Virus record (IMG/VR): IMGVR_UViG_3300008108_000413
Coordinates: 2,817 to 66,816 of that record
DNA from: a virus
Strand: one strand, 5' to 3'
DNA length: 64,000 nucleotides
Part shown: piece after piece, positions 11,301 to 21,304 of the stretch
Numbering within the stretch: position 1 is the stretch's first letter
Layout of the letters: every line of letters begins with the position of its first letter
Translations under genes and position numbers: made by a program
Notes under the pieces: generated by a model
What the model was told of the DNA's origin: nothing
Database searches by the model: none
The model's input: the letters and a program-made list of their open reading frames with translations, nothing else

Positions 11301-13962
11301 TATCAAAAATAGGATACATCTCTGATGTAAGATTATTGATAAGCTTATTAACCCCAGTAAGATCTAAGTCTTTATTTCTAAACGCTTCTTCTCTAGCTTT
11401 AGCAATAAGAGTGAATTTAAACGCAATATCATTCCATTTCTTAAGCTCATCTATTTTTGTTTGTTTGAGCTTAGCTTTTTTCTTTTGTTCAGGTGTACCT
11501 TCTTTTAATGTATCTACCTCAAGCTCAAGAGTTTCTATAAGTCTCTGTCTTTGATAGTTATCTAAAAGTGCTGTAATATCTGATGCTCCTGCATCTTTAA
11601 TTTCCTGAGCACCTCTTCTAAGACTTAACCAAGGAGAAGCTTGAGAGAATTCATTAACAATTCCCATAAGCCTTCCATTAGTTCTTCTCAAAGCTTCGGT
11701 AGAAGTAGTGATTGTCTCTATAGCAAACTCGTGAGCTTGATACTTAGCAAGCATCTTTTTATAAAGATCTTCATTCTTTTTAGGATCTATTAGACTAAGA
11801 TCCACTGGATTAGGATATTCTTTCTTTACTACCTCATAGGTGTCTTTAACATCCAGAGCTCTTTGCTTCGCATTATTAAGTCTTCTTCTTACATCTTGAG
11901 CTTCTGCTGCAGGCATGTTATATGCTTTAGCAAGATCTTCATCTTCAAGAGTAAGCATATCATCTATATGATCTGTAAAGAGTTTGGTTTTATCGGTAGC
12001 AGCAAGAGTATATGCTTTAGATGCAAAAGCTGCATCTACAGCTGATTTATATTTATATTCATTTCCTTCATCTGCAGCTTTATCTGCTTCATCCATGTAA
12101 TTCTTAACCTTAGATGCAGTAGTAGCATTTCTTTCTCCTACATTGACCGCATCCATAGCCATGCCATTAACAGCATCTTTAATAGCTTCTTCTCTTACTC
12201 TTCTTCTCTCTTTAGCTGCTTCTACTTTAGCTTTACCAGATTTTGTTCTACTTGCTATAGTTTCAAATATACCAGTAGTTGGTCCAGCAATACCTCCCAT
12301 AAGAGTACCAGTAAAGTATCCTGATAAGAAAGTTTCAAGACCTTGTCCAGTAAGTTGACCTTTTACACTTGTGCCAAATTGACTCATGCCTTCCCAAAAA
12401 CCTGCAACTGAAGGATCTTTATCTATCTTTTCATGATATGCTATTACAGAAGATGATATAGCATCTTGTAAGTTTTCTTGTAAAGCTTCTGGTAAATTAG
12501 TGACAAAGTATTCTCTTGACCAAGGTAAATAAGGAGAACTCATAAGAAATTCTGCAGCTTTTCTTCCAGCACCCTTTTCTGCATACTCGTAAGCTCCTTT
12601 TTCTAAAACCTTTCCTGCACCCACACCTACAAGATATCTGTTAGATCCCTTCTCTACAGTTTTTGCTATAGAACTTAAAGTAGGAAAACCTCTTAAATAT
12701 TTACCAAAGAAAATTTTGTTAGTAAGAAATATAGCAGGTAAGTTAGCCATGCTTACAGTAAAATCTACAGATGCAGCTTTTTGATATATATCTTGTGCAT
12801 CTTGACTACCTGGATCAGGCATTCTACCATTCTTAGCATAGTATTCATCAACAAGCTTTTGATGATACTCTGATCTAGCCATAGCTCCTTCTAACCCTGC
12901 TTCCTCTACCCCAAGGCTTATCATTCTAATATCTTTAAAGAAGTGACCAAAGCCATGTGCAGCTAAAGCAAGTTTTTCCGTTGATGTCCAAACTTTTTCA
13001 CCTTTAGCTAAGAAACTAGTAAACTGATAAGTATTTTCTAATGGATTTAAAAACTTAGCTGCAGCAACACCTGCTTTACCTATTTTAGAAGCATCATAAA
13101 ATTCCTTTACATTTCGAGCTTGTTTAAGTCCTTTTAAAAAATCATAGGTGCCTTGAATAGCTTTTGTAAATCTACCAACATTTGTAGCCTGCCTTGTTGC
13201 AGCAGCAGCTACTGTAGGTAAGGTAGCACCAAGTGTCTCAGGAGCTAAAGCTAAAGCACCAGCTTCTACAGCAAATAGTACAGCATTTTCAGCAAGTATC
13301 TCAGCACCTATACCTAACGTATACATGGAACTGAGTCCAAAATTAGTAATAGATGATCCAATACCTTCTTTACTTGAAGATCCTAAAGCAAGACCTTCTT
13401 TCATTGTTTCAGCAGCTTTAAAATCATCTGATCCAAATATAGATGATCCAAAAGCATTAGATAATAATTTTGAATATTGAGAAGTAGATCTTCTCCAATC
13501 ATCAGCCCACGTACTGTTTTCATTATAGAGTTCTTCATTATCTCTATAAGGAGAAAATCCTAGCTTTTTATAATTAGGATGGGTATAGTATCTTTCAAAT
13601 TGCATATTCTTCCAGCCTGCGCCATAAGAATATGTTCTACCATACTTATATTCATCTTTTGCCCAATTTTCTGCATCATCTAGGTAATCAAGTGCAGCAT
13701 CTGTAAAAGACTTGTTTCCTTGAGGAGTTGCATTATTAACTCCTGGAGCTGGACCAGTTACTTCATTACCTACAAGATTTTGATTAACATCTACAGCTGT
13801 TGGTGTAGTTCTTGGAATAGGTGCGCTAATTACAGGATATGGATTAGTAGGAATACCCTCATTAACTTCAGAGAACATTCTATTAAAAGCTGAAAGCGGA
13901 TCTTGAGCCGCTTCAACTTCAGAAATAGACTGATTTATATTTGCTAGAGGATCTAGTGCCAT
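8362..13962 (-). CDS. Giant ejection/cargo protein (1866 aa) with a macro-like insertion and a PD-(D/E)xK nuclease domain
   Basis: Position directly upstream of the RNAP gene as in crAss-like phages; Gly/Ala-rich hydrophobic N-terminal region; FLFGDNNTRTGKGGQA and YAGTIDLL..IIDLKTS..QQSAY motifs. Confidence 0.75.
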   Translation of the reverse strand: MALDPLANINQSISEVEAAQDPLSAFNRMFSEVNEGIPTNPYPVISAPIPRTTPTAVDVNQNLVGNEVTGPAPGVNNATPQGNKSFTDAALDYLDDAENWAKDEYKYGRTYSYGAGWKNMQFERYYTHPNYKKLGFSPYRDNEELYNENSTWADDWRRSTSQYSKLLSNAFGSSIFGSDDFKAAETMKEGLALGSSSKEGIGSSITNFGLSSMYTLGIGAEILAENAVLFAVEAGALALAPETLGATLPTVAAAATRQATNVGRFTKAIQGTYDFLKGLKQARNVKEFYDASKIGKAGVAAAKFLNPLENTYQFTSFLAKGEKVWTSTEKLALAAHGFGHFFKDIRMISLGVEEAGLEGAMARSEYHQKLVDEYYAKNGRMPDPGSQDAQDIYQKAASVDFTVSMANLPAIFLTNKIFFGKYLRGFPTLSSIAKTVEKGSNRYLVGVGAGKVLEKGAYEYAEKGAGRKAAEFLMSSPYLPWSREYFVTNLPEALQENLQDAISSSVIAYHEKIDKDPSVAGFWEGMSQFGTSVKGQLTGQGLETFLSGYFTGTLMGGIAGPTTGIFETIASRTKSGKAKVEAAKERRRVREEAIKDAVNGMAMDAVNVGERNATTASKVKNYMDEADKAADEGNEYKYKSAVDAAFASKAYTLAATDKTKLFTDHIDDMLTLEDEDLAKAYNMPAAEAQDVRRRLNNAKQRALDVKDTYEVVKKEYPNPVDLSLIDPKKNEDLYKKMLAKYQAHEFAIETITTSTEALRRTNGRLMGIVNEFSQASPWLSLRRGAQEIKDAGASDITALLDNYQRQRLIETLELEVDTLKEGTPEQKKKAKLKQTKIDELKKWNDIAFKFTLIAKAREEAFRNKDLDLTGVNKLINNLTSEMYPIFDKYTKLIAEEQGGTLMSKELGKAFTKVRDYHLLDSDSNAYTKALNILNDPLYFDRYISAIETAQEQLQATKAERITEGYKKFLDLKDSNDLLNAIYDQGLFVIPENVEEFLKNPRTAKFELYDIASKEPITPDNPKYEAFQNILNDRYPVEEVVTEEVETEVVEEEAPAQKAISVVDDINTMPKELQEELIRKYESLKTYFAEERPDVKFPYPSFDQFLKRSPEAKQIIEAYNKKNNLKPAPAETKAGVFTPTTPYGTPTGPELTTATKPEAPVSDKKTDIEGAKPAESKVEVISENYTPELLRANPDKLFLFGDNNTRTGKGGQAIIRDEPNAMGISTKLKPSNASDAFMSDDQLADNKAVIDSDIKKAKDRAAKEGKTIVLPKGGFGTGLAALATKAPQTFAYLNQRLQKEFGFNNTTGELVKPEAKPVEEVTTASVQEVKERLKALNEKTLIVSPSNKKVYIDSQNPEDEYKRVTNLTGDKTFNSETAATRGTIIDALLRRFIIKPFEEKEIKNIYDAEIKRLRKKHEQEQEALGEDEPFIYKEFSDNMLKNLFNVFKEVKKITDEKDLTLISDIPTLWGVLNGEKYAGTIDLLGISKKGEVYIIDLKTSGPDRRVHYAMDEFLKKEGGDLYDSIISKIKAVEELNFKEKPIKTNNILAVKNFTKEEKTVADKFIKTFENQINKYGSLPVYDYRQSDAVQQSAYAELLRQRTGITVKNIVVFPITVKETKESYISAIANKDDTGAMTMQVTVDRNLFPEQALSPEASEIVEKLEEPVEEAPEWYISPKDAVKNKILVKLGQLRDQMKIERNPDNIKKALDKIENEVAEAGLPYTEEYALLIDKVIQAIRKELKSISRVEIGDYIIFEGNPSSKFVVVNKNDKEITLYNDALPAEERVNTEPEILTNKDMYKISKIISAEAPETEELTPEEKEINVENVKAMDDFLKDDEAVKAALNNTKSKEEIEKGFLEDLDSCVP

Positions 13963-13968
13963 AATTAA

Positions 13969-16887
13969 TTATTGTCCCATTTGATTAAACATATCCATAG
14001 GATTTGGAGCAGGTTGGCTCTGATCAAATATGCTTGTTGGTTGAAGCATAGATGGATCAAATATCATATTAGTTCTTTGATTGCTATCGTAATTATTATT
14101 AGCAATATCAATTTGAGTTAAAAGATTTTTATAACCCATAACAAGATTTTGACCACCTACTTCAGCACTAAGTATTTTTTGTGCAGGTTTTGCAACAGGT
14201 ACACCAGTACTATAATCCCACAAGAAACCTGTTACATTATATCTACCATCATTCATTTTATTAATGGTAATTTTTCCACCCTTTGGTTCTTCTACTGTAT
14301 ATGGTCTATGTTCAAGAATAATATCATAAGGTTTAAGAGCAAATGATTCTGTAAAATCATTTTTTAAATCTTTCTTAGGTACATACATTGTAACACCATT
14401 AGTTACAATATCGGGATTGCTTCCCCAACCTGCGCCATCAGTACCTTTATATTTCTGAGCATAACCAGGAGCAAAAGTAATATGTATTGCTTTATAGTTA
14501 GGATTACTTAAGGCAAGATCAAGATATGTAACTGTACCAAAAGGTCTTCCTTTATCTTTATTATCAAATGCTCCAGATTTAATATCTGTTACTACAGTGT
14601 TTATAGCTTGGATATAATCATCATTTCCTTTCTCAGCATCACTTTGATCAGCTACAATACCAGCACTAAATAATGCATTAGAAGAAATTAAACCATCTTG
14701 TGCAAAAGTTAATAAACCTCTTGTACCAAAAGCTGCTGGAGCTGCTGCATCAAAAGCATACTGAACTCCACCACCTGAAGATTTACCTTCTGCAAACATT
14801 CCAAAGGATTTGTTTGAATCATAGATAGCGGTAACAAGAGGTACTTTTTTATTAGGATCAAGTTTATCTACCCCTGTTGATGATCCACTATTATATGCAT
14901 AAACATATTTTTCATACATATCATCATAAATTTCTCCACCATCTTCACCTCCCCAATTCATGCTTGCGTATTCTTTTTTAGTTCTAAGATCTCCATTATC
15001 TTTAAATAAAAGACCAAACATGTCTCTTTCATCTTCAGCAACTAATCCAGAAGTTAAAGCCCAGGATCTTACATTGAAATTATTTTTTCTATAAACATCT
15101 CCTGTAATATCTAAAAGTTGTTTAGAGTCATTATACTTAGTTGCAATAGGATCAAGAGTATTTGTATAAAATCTATCATACAAAGCATTATTATTTTTAT
15201 CCTGTCTAGTTATTATAGCCTTGTTATAATAACTAGTAGGATCTTCAGCTAACAATTGTCTGTAATCAACAGTTTGATTATCTGACTTAAAAGTATTTGA
15301 GTTTTCATCATATTTGTCTCCCCAAATACTTTTTAGTGCAGCTTTTGCTGCATTTCTACTTGCATCTGTAAAAGTTGTAGTATTAACATAATTTAAAAGA
15401 TCAGCGGTAGCAGCTTCCACATACTGAGAAGCATATCCTACAGTATTTGTTTTTTGCTGATTCATGTAAATAAAAGCTTCTGCAGCTTCATCAGTTAATT
15501 CTGTAGCAGCAGAAGTACCTGGAGTACCTTCTATAAATCTACCTGCATTAAGAGCAGAAGTTGCAGAACCTCTATTTTGAGTTTCTGAATTTTCTTTCAT
15601 TTGCTCTTTAACAATATCAAGCTTTGTTTTATATAAAGCTTCTTCCATAGAATACTTATGCTGCTGTGCCATTCTTGACATAGACAAAGAATGGTCATAA
15701 TAACTTTTAGCATAAGGATCTGCTTCAACTTTTTGCTCACCTGTAAGATTTGCTACATTTATAGCAGCCTCTTTAAAATCATTATCCATCAAAACTCTTG
15801 CTATAAGAGAATCAACATAATTTGCTTTTGCTTTTCTATTCTCTGCATTTAATTGAATAGCAGTTGCTGTTTTAGCTGTGCCATCATCATACAAAGCAGT
15901 TTTCATTTTTTCATTGTAATTAACGCTTTGTAATTTCCAAGCTTCTGCTAAACTATCATTTCCTGTAGTACCTTCTTTTTTAATTTTTTCTTCTAAAGCC
16001 AATTTAATATCTTGAGACTTAGATGCATCTTTTAATGCACCTATAGCTATCTGTTTATACTCATCAACTTTTGAAGTAATAGCATTTATATATTCTTCTT
16101 CAGCAGCAGCTTCATCTCCCCCAAATCTTTCAGCATTATTAAGTATGTAGTTTTTTCTTTGTACATAAGCCATGGATTTATACATGTTTTGTATTTTAGA
16201 ATCTACACCGTATTGATTTCTAAATAACTGATACAAAGGAATTTCTAAGTTCTTACCATCTTTTGTAGTAACAATATATCTACCATCTGGTGACCAACCT
16301 ACAGTAGTAACACCAAAACCTTGTTTCTTTAATTGAGAAACATAGTTTATAGCCTTCTCTGTAATATTTATAAAAGGGTTATAAGTAGGCGCAGCCATAC
16401 CCATAGCTTCTTCTGCAGAAGCTTTTTTATATTCGTCAGCTCTAAAATGTAATTCATTAACACCTACATCCCAATAACCTCCACCACACTCTTCTTGATT
16501 TAAGCAGTTTCTATAATCTTCAGCTAAAGTAAGTTGGTTTCTGTATTGTTTAGTAAAAGACATATCCTTGATAATATTTTTATTATCATAGATAGACTTA
16601 AATACTGATCCCGCAGCATCTGCATTTTGCTGAAGAGATAAATCAAGACCAGACATCTTCTTGATATCTTGGTCAACCATTTTAAAGAATTGATCCCTTT
16701 GTTGAATGTTGTCATCCCTAAGCATAGGAGAGTATAGCAATGTGCCATACATCTTGTTAAGTTGCTTATGAGCTTGATCATATCTACTCTGTCTAGTTTG
16801 TAAAACATTAGAAAGGAAGTTATAATCAGGTTGAAAAGGTTGCAACTGAGGAATGTAATCTGTAACACCTTGGATATATGAAGCCAT
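13969..16887 (-). CDS. Large virion ejection/cargo protein (972 aa)
   Basis: Long ORF; first of the three large genes ending in the RNAP, matching crAss-like gene order. Confidence 0.6.
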   Translation of the reverse strand: MASYIQGVTDYIPQLQPFQPDYNFLSNVLQTRQSRYDQAHKQLNKMYGTLLYSPMLRDDNIQQRDQFFKMVDQDIKKMSGLDLSLQQNADAAGSVFKSIYDNKNIIKDMSFTKQYRNQLTLAEDYRNCLNQEECGGGYWDVGVNELHFRADEYKKASAEEAMGMAAPTYNPFINITEKAINYVSQLKKQGFGVTTVGWSPDGRYIVTTKDGKNLEIPLYQLFRNQYGVDSKIQNMYKSMAYVQRKNYILNNAERFGGDEAAAEEEYINAITSKVDEYKQIAIGALKDASKSQDIKLALEEKIKKEGTTGNDSLAEAWKLQSVNYNEKMKTALYDDGTAKTATAIQLNAENRKAKANYVDSLIARVLMDNDFKEAAINVANLTGEQKVEADPYAKSYYDHSLSMSRMAQQHKYSMEEALYKTKLDIVKEQMKENSETQNRGSATSALNAGRFIEGTPGTSAATELTDEAAEAFIYMNQQKTNTVGYASQYVEAATADLLNYVNTTTFTDASRNAAKAALKSIWGDKYDENSNTFKSDNQTVDYRQLLAEDPTSYYNKAIITRQDKNNNALYDRFYTNTLDPIATKYNDSKQLLDITGDVYRKNNFNVRSWALTSGLVAEDERDMFGLLFKDNGDLRTKKEYASMNWGGEDGGEIYDDMYEKYVYAYNSGSSTGVDKLDPNKKVPLVTAIYDSNKSFGMFAEGKSSGGGVQYAFDAAAPAAFGTRGLLTFAQDGLISSNALFSAGIVADQSDAEKGNDDYIQAINTVVTDIKSGAFDNKDKGRPFGTVTYLDLALSNPNYKAIHITFAPGYAQKYKGTDGAGWGSNPDIVTNGVTMYVPKKDLKNDFTESFALKPYDIILEHRPYTVEEPKGGKITINKMNDGRYNVTGFLWDYSTGVPVAKPAQKILSAEVGGQNLVMGYKNLLTQIDIANNNYDSNQRTNMIFDPSMLQPTSIFDQSQPAPNPMDMFNQMGQ

Positions 16888-16940
16888 ATCAGTATATAAA
16901 TTTACTCAAAAATATTTAAAGTTTACTAAACTTATAAAGT

Positions 16941-19391
16941 TTATTCACCTTGATAACCCTGTGTTTTAGCAAACCACTCAGCCATTTTATTATCATTTGT
17001 GTTACCAGATTTTAATCCATACATCTTTTCAGCAGTTGCCCAAAGCTTTTCAGGATTACTTCTCATGGTAGGATTATTCTGATAAAGCTTTCTATAGATA
17101 CTATCTATTGATTCATCTTCACTATATTCTGGATCTAATGGAGCACCTTGAGTAAATTCTATAAAGCCTCCTCCAGATGGATCTGTAGAATATTGAGGAA
17201 ACAAGGTATTCATATTATAGGTGTTAGCTCTATTAGTAATAGATTGAATATAACTATTTCTAAGATTTTCTCTTGCAGCTTGTGTAGCAGCATCAAATTG
17301 CTGATTAGCAATAGTTACTTTATCATAGAGTTGAGTAGCAAGAGCTGCTTTTTCTCTAGCAGCATTATTAAGAATGCTTGTTTTTTGAAGCTCAAACTGA
17401 TTAGCTACACCAACATTTAAGTTATTGTACTTACCTAAAATATCAGCAGCAGCTCTAGCTGTTTGACCTTGAATAGCACTAGCTCTAGCAGATAAAGCTT
17501 GAGGACCAGTAAATGCAGCTAAACCTTCAGTAAGCATAGCAGCTTGTTCTTCAGCAGAAGCTAATTCTCTACTAGGATCATAGAAAGTAGGCTCAGGTAA
17601 AAAGGTTTGAGGTACAGCTTGCCAAGGCATGTATTTTTCAATACCCATGAGATCTCTAGCTGCACCTTTAGTTTTAATAACATCTTGTAACCAAAAAGGT
17701 GCTGCACCTGGTGCTGCTGGAGGAGGAAGATGTTTAACACTTGGAGGTTTAACCGCTTCAGGTTCAGTGAGTTCTGTACTAAACTTAGCTTCTATATCAG
17801 GTAAAGCAAGTTGTCCTGCGGTGGTATCACCATAGATACCATCTATAGGAGATAGTTGTCCTTCACCAGGTATATATTTTTCATCTCCTCTACCTCTTTT
17901 TTCAGGCTTAAGATAAGTAAAGTATTGTTTAGTTTCATCATCTTTAGCTGCTTGAACAAAACCAATATAAGCTGCTTGACCTGATTTAATAGTTAAATTG
18001 TCTAAAGGACTTAAACCAGCCTCTGCAATGTATTTATTATAAGCTAGTTGAGGTTGATTTTTATTTCCCCATTGAGGCTCTGTAAAATTTTTACCTTTAG
18101 CTTGCAAAGCCATGTTGTGTTTTTGCAAAGCAAGAAAGTCATTGATTACAGCAGTTTCATCTTTAGCTAAAAGCTTATCTTGTTCAGCTTGAGTAAGCTT
18201 CTTATCGTCTTCTATAGTTTGTTTATAGTTATTATAAATAGCTGCTCTAGCATCAGCATTGATCAAAAGCTCATTTTCCAGATAAGCATAGTCATCTCTA
18301 AAATCACGATCTGGATCTTTATCATTTCTAAGAGGTTCTAAATCTTCTCTGTTTTCATAATCTATTTTACCAGGAAGTCTATCTACTCTCTTATACTTAC
18401 CAGATTTTGGATCTTTTACATAAGCTTTACCAGATTCAACAAGAGTTCTTGCATTAGGATCTGCATATAAATCATCAAGTGTTTCATACTTTATAACTCC
18501 AGGAGCATTACTACCACCTTTTTGAAACTTAGGCATAGTAACTCTAACTCTTCTTTTAGAAGAACCACCTCTTACAAATCTGTTCAAATCTCCGCCAAAG
18601 TTTCTTTTAAGAAGCTGTGGCATTATATTCATACCATATCTAGCTTCAGGCATCATTACTTCTTCTTCTGATTCAACCGGTTGATCTTCATATTCTTCTG
18701 TATCAACTTCTTGTTGAGACATTTGCTGAGGTTGACCTTGTATTAGTTGTTCAGGTTGAATACCCATATGCTCCATATAAGGAATAGCAATTGCTGGGAT
18801 ACCTTGAGGAAATCCTTTAATAGATTCTTGAGCTAAAGCTAACTTACCAAGTTTAAGATTATACTTACTAATCATTTGCTCAGCATTCTTTCTCTGGAGA
18901 TCATCTGTATCTGAATCTGCAAGTACTTTTCTATACTTGTTAATATCATACTTTTTAGCAATGTCTGCAGGAGTATAACCACCTTTTTTAGGAGGCATAC
19001 CAAATTGATTAAGAAGAGAAGGATCTTTGATTTTCATAGATCTATCTCTAGAGAAGATAAATGAATTATCAGGAAGATAAAGAGGAGTACCTCCTTGACT
19101 GTGTCTTTTACCACCTATTTTATAGTGCTCAGGTAACCCATCACCATTAAGATCTGTATAAGCAGTTTCTCCTACTTCAGCTTCAAGATTAGCTTCTTCT
19201 CTAGGTACTGGTTTAAGAGTACTATTAGTCTCAAGTCTTGGTTCAGAAAACTCACCAGCCATAACAGGCCAGCTAAGCTGATTAGCATTATAACCTAAGC
19301 CTGGAGACATTCTTACCTCCAAGCCTGAAGTTCTTGCTTCTAATCCTTTTTTAGCTTTTGGAGTAAAGCTTACTTTAACTCTTCTCTTCAT
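16941..19391 (-). CDS. Virion cargo protein (816 aa), crAss cargo-protein-1-like
   Basis: NLEAEVGE...GKRHSQGGTPL...FIFS segment that I recall from crAss-like cargo proteins; Q/N/A-rich helical C-terminus; several xxGG motifs. Confidence 0.55.
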   Translation of the reverse strand: MKRRVKVSFTPKAKKGLEARTSGLEVRMSPGLGYNANQLSWPVMAGEFSEPRLETNSTLKPVPREEANLEAEVGETAYTDLNGDGLPEHYKIGGKRHSQGGTPLYLPDNSFIFSRDRSMKIKDPSLLNQFGMPPKKGGYTPADIAKKYDINKYRKVLADSDTDDLQRKNAEQMISKYNLKLGKLALAQESIKGFPQGIPAIAIPYMEHMGIQPEQLIQGQPQQMSQQEVDTEEYEDQPVESEEEVMMPEARYGMNIMPQLLKRNFGGDLNRFVRGGSSKRRVRVTMPKFQKGGSNAPGVIKYETLDDLYADPNARTLVESGKAYVKDPKSGKYKRVDRLPGKIDYENREDLEPLRNDKDPDRDFRDDYAYLENELLINADARAAIYNNYKQTIEDDKKLTQAEQDKLLAKDETAVINDFLALQKHNMALQAKGKNFTEPQWGNKNQPQLAYNKYIAEAGLSPLDNLTIKSGQAAYIGFVQAAKDDETKQYFTYLKPEKRGRGDEKYIPGEGQLSPIDGIYGDTTAGQLALPDIEAKFSTELTEPEAVKPPSVKHLPPPAAPGAAPFWLQDVIKTKGAARDLMGIEKYMPWQAVPQTFLPEPTFYDPSRELASAEEQAAMLTEGLAAFTGPQALSARASAIQGQTARAAADILGKYNNLNVGVANQFELQKTSILNNAAREKAALATQLYDKVTIANQQFDAATQAARENLRNSYIQSITNRANTYNMNTLFPQYSTDPSGGGFIEFTQGAPLDPEYSEDESIDSIYRKLYQNNPTMRSNPEKLWATAEKMYGLKSGNTNDNKMAEWFAKTQGYQGE

Positions 19392-19396
19392 GTTGA

Positions 19397-21304
19397 TTAG
19401 TCTAAAAATTCTACTTGACCACCCATTTGAGTAATGTACTCAATTTCTTCTGGAGTAAGCTCCATCTCAATACCATCTTCACTCATAACCCCACCTTGCT
19501 GCATTCTAACAGGTGCTTGTGTCCACTGTGAATACATACTCATTTCACCAGTAGGTATACCATAGTATCCATTAACAGGAGTTTGACTCCAATCACTGTA
19601 TGCAATAGAACCACCTCTATCATAGCTATAGGTAGGTCTATTAGCATAGCCTCTATCATAACCAGTATCAAAAATAGGTGTAGTTTGATCAGGTCTAAAC
19701 ATACCATATTCTTGACCTGTAGGTACATAATCACCGCGCTTCTTTTCTACTGATGTAAACAAATTATCTGCAAGTTTACCTGTAGCCATTTGCTCTTCAA
19801 GAGCTTTTCTTTCTTTACCTTTTGCAATATTAGTTAATGCTGACATACCTGTAAGCACTGTATCTGCAGCATAAGGTGAAGGACCTGTTTTCCAAACAGC
19901 TTTTTCATCAGTCCCTCTTTTCTCTCTTCTAGCATCAGCTCTTTGTTGTTTGAAATCTTTGATACTAGTTAATCCTGTTTTAATATCATGGAAGGTATCC
20001 ATGATAGGAATATTGATATCTAGATTATCAAACTTAAAACCTGTTTCTCCAAGTACTTGATGCTTAGGTAGGAATCTATGAAGACCTCCGTGTTTCTTAG
20101 TAGGTCTATATATTTGCTCTAATGTAGGCTCTTCTACATTTTCAGGTTGCATAGTACTTTCTATTGGGGTAAGAAGTCTTGCCTGAGCTACAGGATCTAT
20201 TCCAGCCTGAATCATTTCATTATAAGCTTGTTGATTAGCATATTCTTGTCCTTCTTTTATAGCTTGTTCTTTATCAAGATTATATCTATCCATATCTGTC
20301 AAAAGAGGAGAAGGAGCTTGTTGATTTACACCCCATGTTGGAGATGGAGTTTTTGGAGCTTCATTCTCTACTTCAGGAGCTCTTTCTACTTTACCAGTAG
20401 ATGGGTTATACTTAGTCTTAATAACAACTTTTCTACCACCAAATAAAGTAGGTCTTGATTTACCATAGAACTCATAACCCATTCTATTAGCTTGTTCTTG
20501 CATAGCTGCAAGATCACCTACTTCTGGTACATAACCTCTATCCCAACCAATAGATCCATAACCACGGTGTTTATATCTATAAGGTACCATAGTAGATACT
20601 CCATAACCATAAGGTTGTTGTGTACCCGCACCCATAGTACCATAAGAAGAAGTAATCATCTGATAATTTTGCCAAACCTCATCAGGATTTTGACCTTTAG
20701 CAATAGCGAAATCTCTTACTGCTTTTTCTTCAGGACTCATCTCACCTGTTGTTGCAGCAGGAGTAGTTGTTCCAGCAGGATCTACCCATTGTTTACCATC
20801 CCATACTTTATTTGCAAGCGCTGCACCATTCCATCCTCCTCCAGGTATACCATTTCTACCAGCCCATTGAGAATGAGTTTCTCCTAGAATTGGATTCATA
20901 TCAGGCTTATAGCTCATTGGAGGTACACCCTCTTTTTTAGCAGCAGTAGTAGTTGAAATAATATTACCTGCTTCATCAGTTATTTCAATTGTACCATCTT
21001 CATATGTAGTTCTTACATGATTAGTTTGTTTTGACTGTTCAATTTTAACTACTCCTCCTTTATCAAATTTATTACCGCCTTTTTTAAAATACTCATCTAC
21101 TATAATTGTATCTACTTTAGGTTTAGCTTGTGGAGCAGGTGCTTTAGGTGCAGGTTTTGCTGGTGCTTTTGCTGGTGTTGGTGTATCGGGAGCTGCAGCA
21201 GGAGCTTGTAAATCTCCTGTTTGTGATTGAGTTTGATATGTTTTATTTTCTTTACTTATTGCCCAAGCATTTTGTCTAGCTAAATCTTCTGGAGTTTTAT
21301 TCAT
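19397..21304 (-). CDS. Low-complexity putative cargo protein (~635 aa; start more likely ATG 21304, MNKTPE, than 21388)
   Basis: The track's N-terminal MLQLHLLLL is a shadow of the upstream Pro/Thr repeat; ATGAATAA overlaps the upstream stop; several xxGG motifs. Confidence 0.6.
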   Translation of the reverse strand: MNKTPEDLARQNAWAISKENKTYQTQSQTGDLQAPAAAPDTPTPAKAPAKPAPKAPAPQAKPKVDTIIVDEYFKKGGNKFDKGGVVKIEQSKQTNHVRTTYEDGTIEITDEAGNIISTTTAAKKEGVPPMSYKPDMNPILGETHSQWAGRNGIPGGGWNGAALANKVWDGKQWVDPAGTTTPAATTGEMSPEEKAVRDFAIAKGQNPDEVWQNYQMITSSYGTMGAGTQQPYGYGVSTMVPYRYKHRGYGSIGWDRGYVPEVGDLAAMQEQANRMGYEFYGKSRPTLFGGRKVVIKTKYNPSTGKVERAPEVENEAPKTPSPTWGVNQQAPSPLLTDMDRYNLDKEQAIKEGQEYANQQAYNEMIQAGIDPVAQARLLTPIESTMQPENVEEPTLEQIYRPTKKHGGLHRFLPKHQVLGETGFKFDNLDINIPIMDTFHDIKTGLTSIKDFKQQRADARREKRGTDEKAVWKTGPSPYAADTVLTGMSALTNIAKGKERKALEEQMATGKLADNLFTSVEKKRGDYVPTGQEYGMFRPDQTTPIFDTGYDRGYANRPTYSYDRGGSIAYSDWSQTPVNGYYGIPTGEMSMYSQWTQAPVRMQQGGVMSEDGIEMELTPEEIEYITQMGGQVEFLD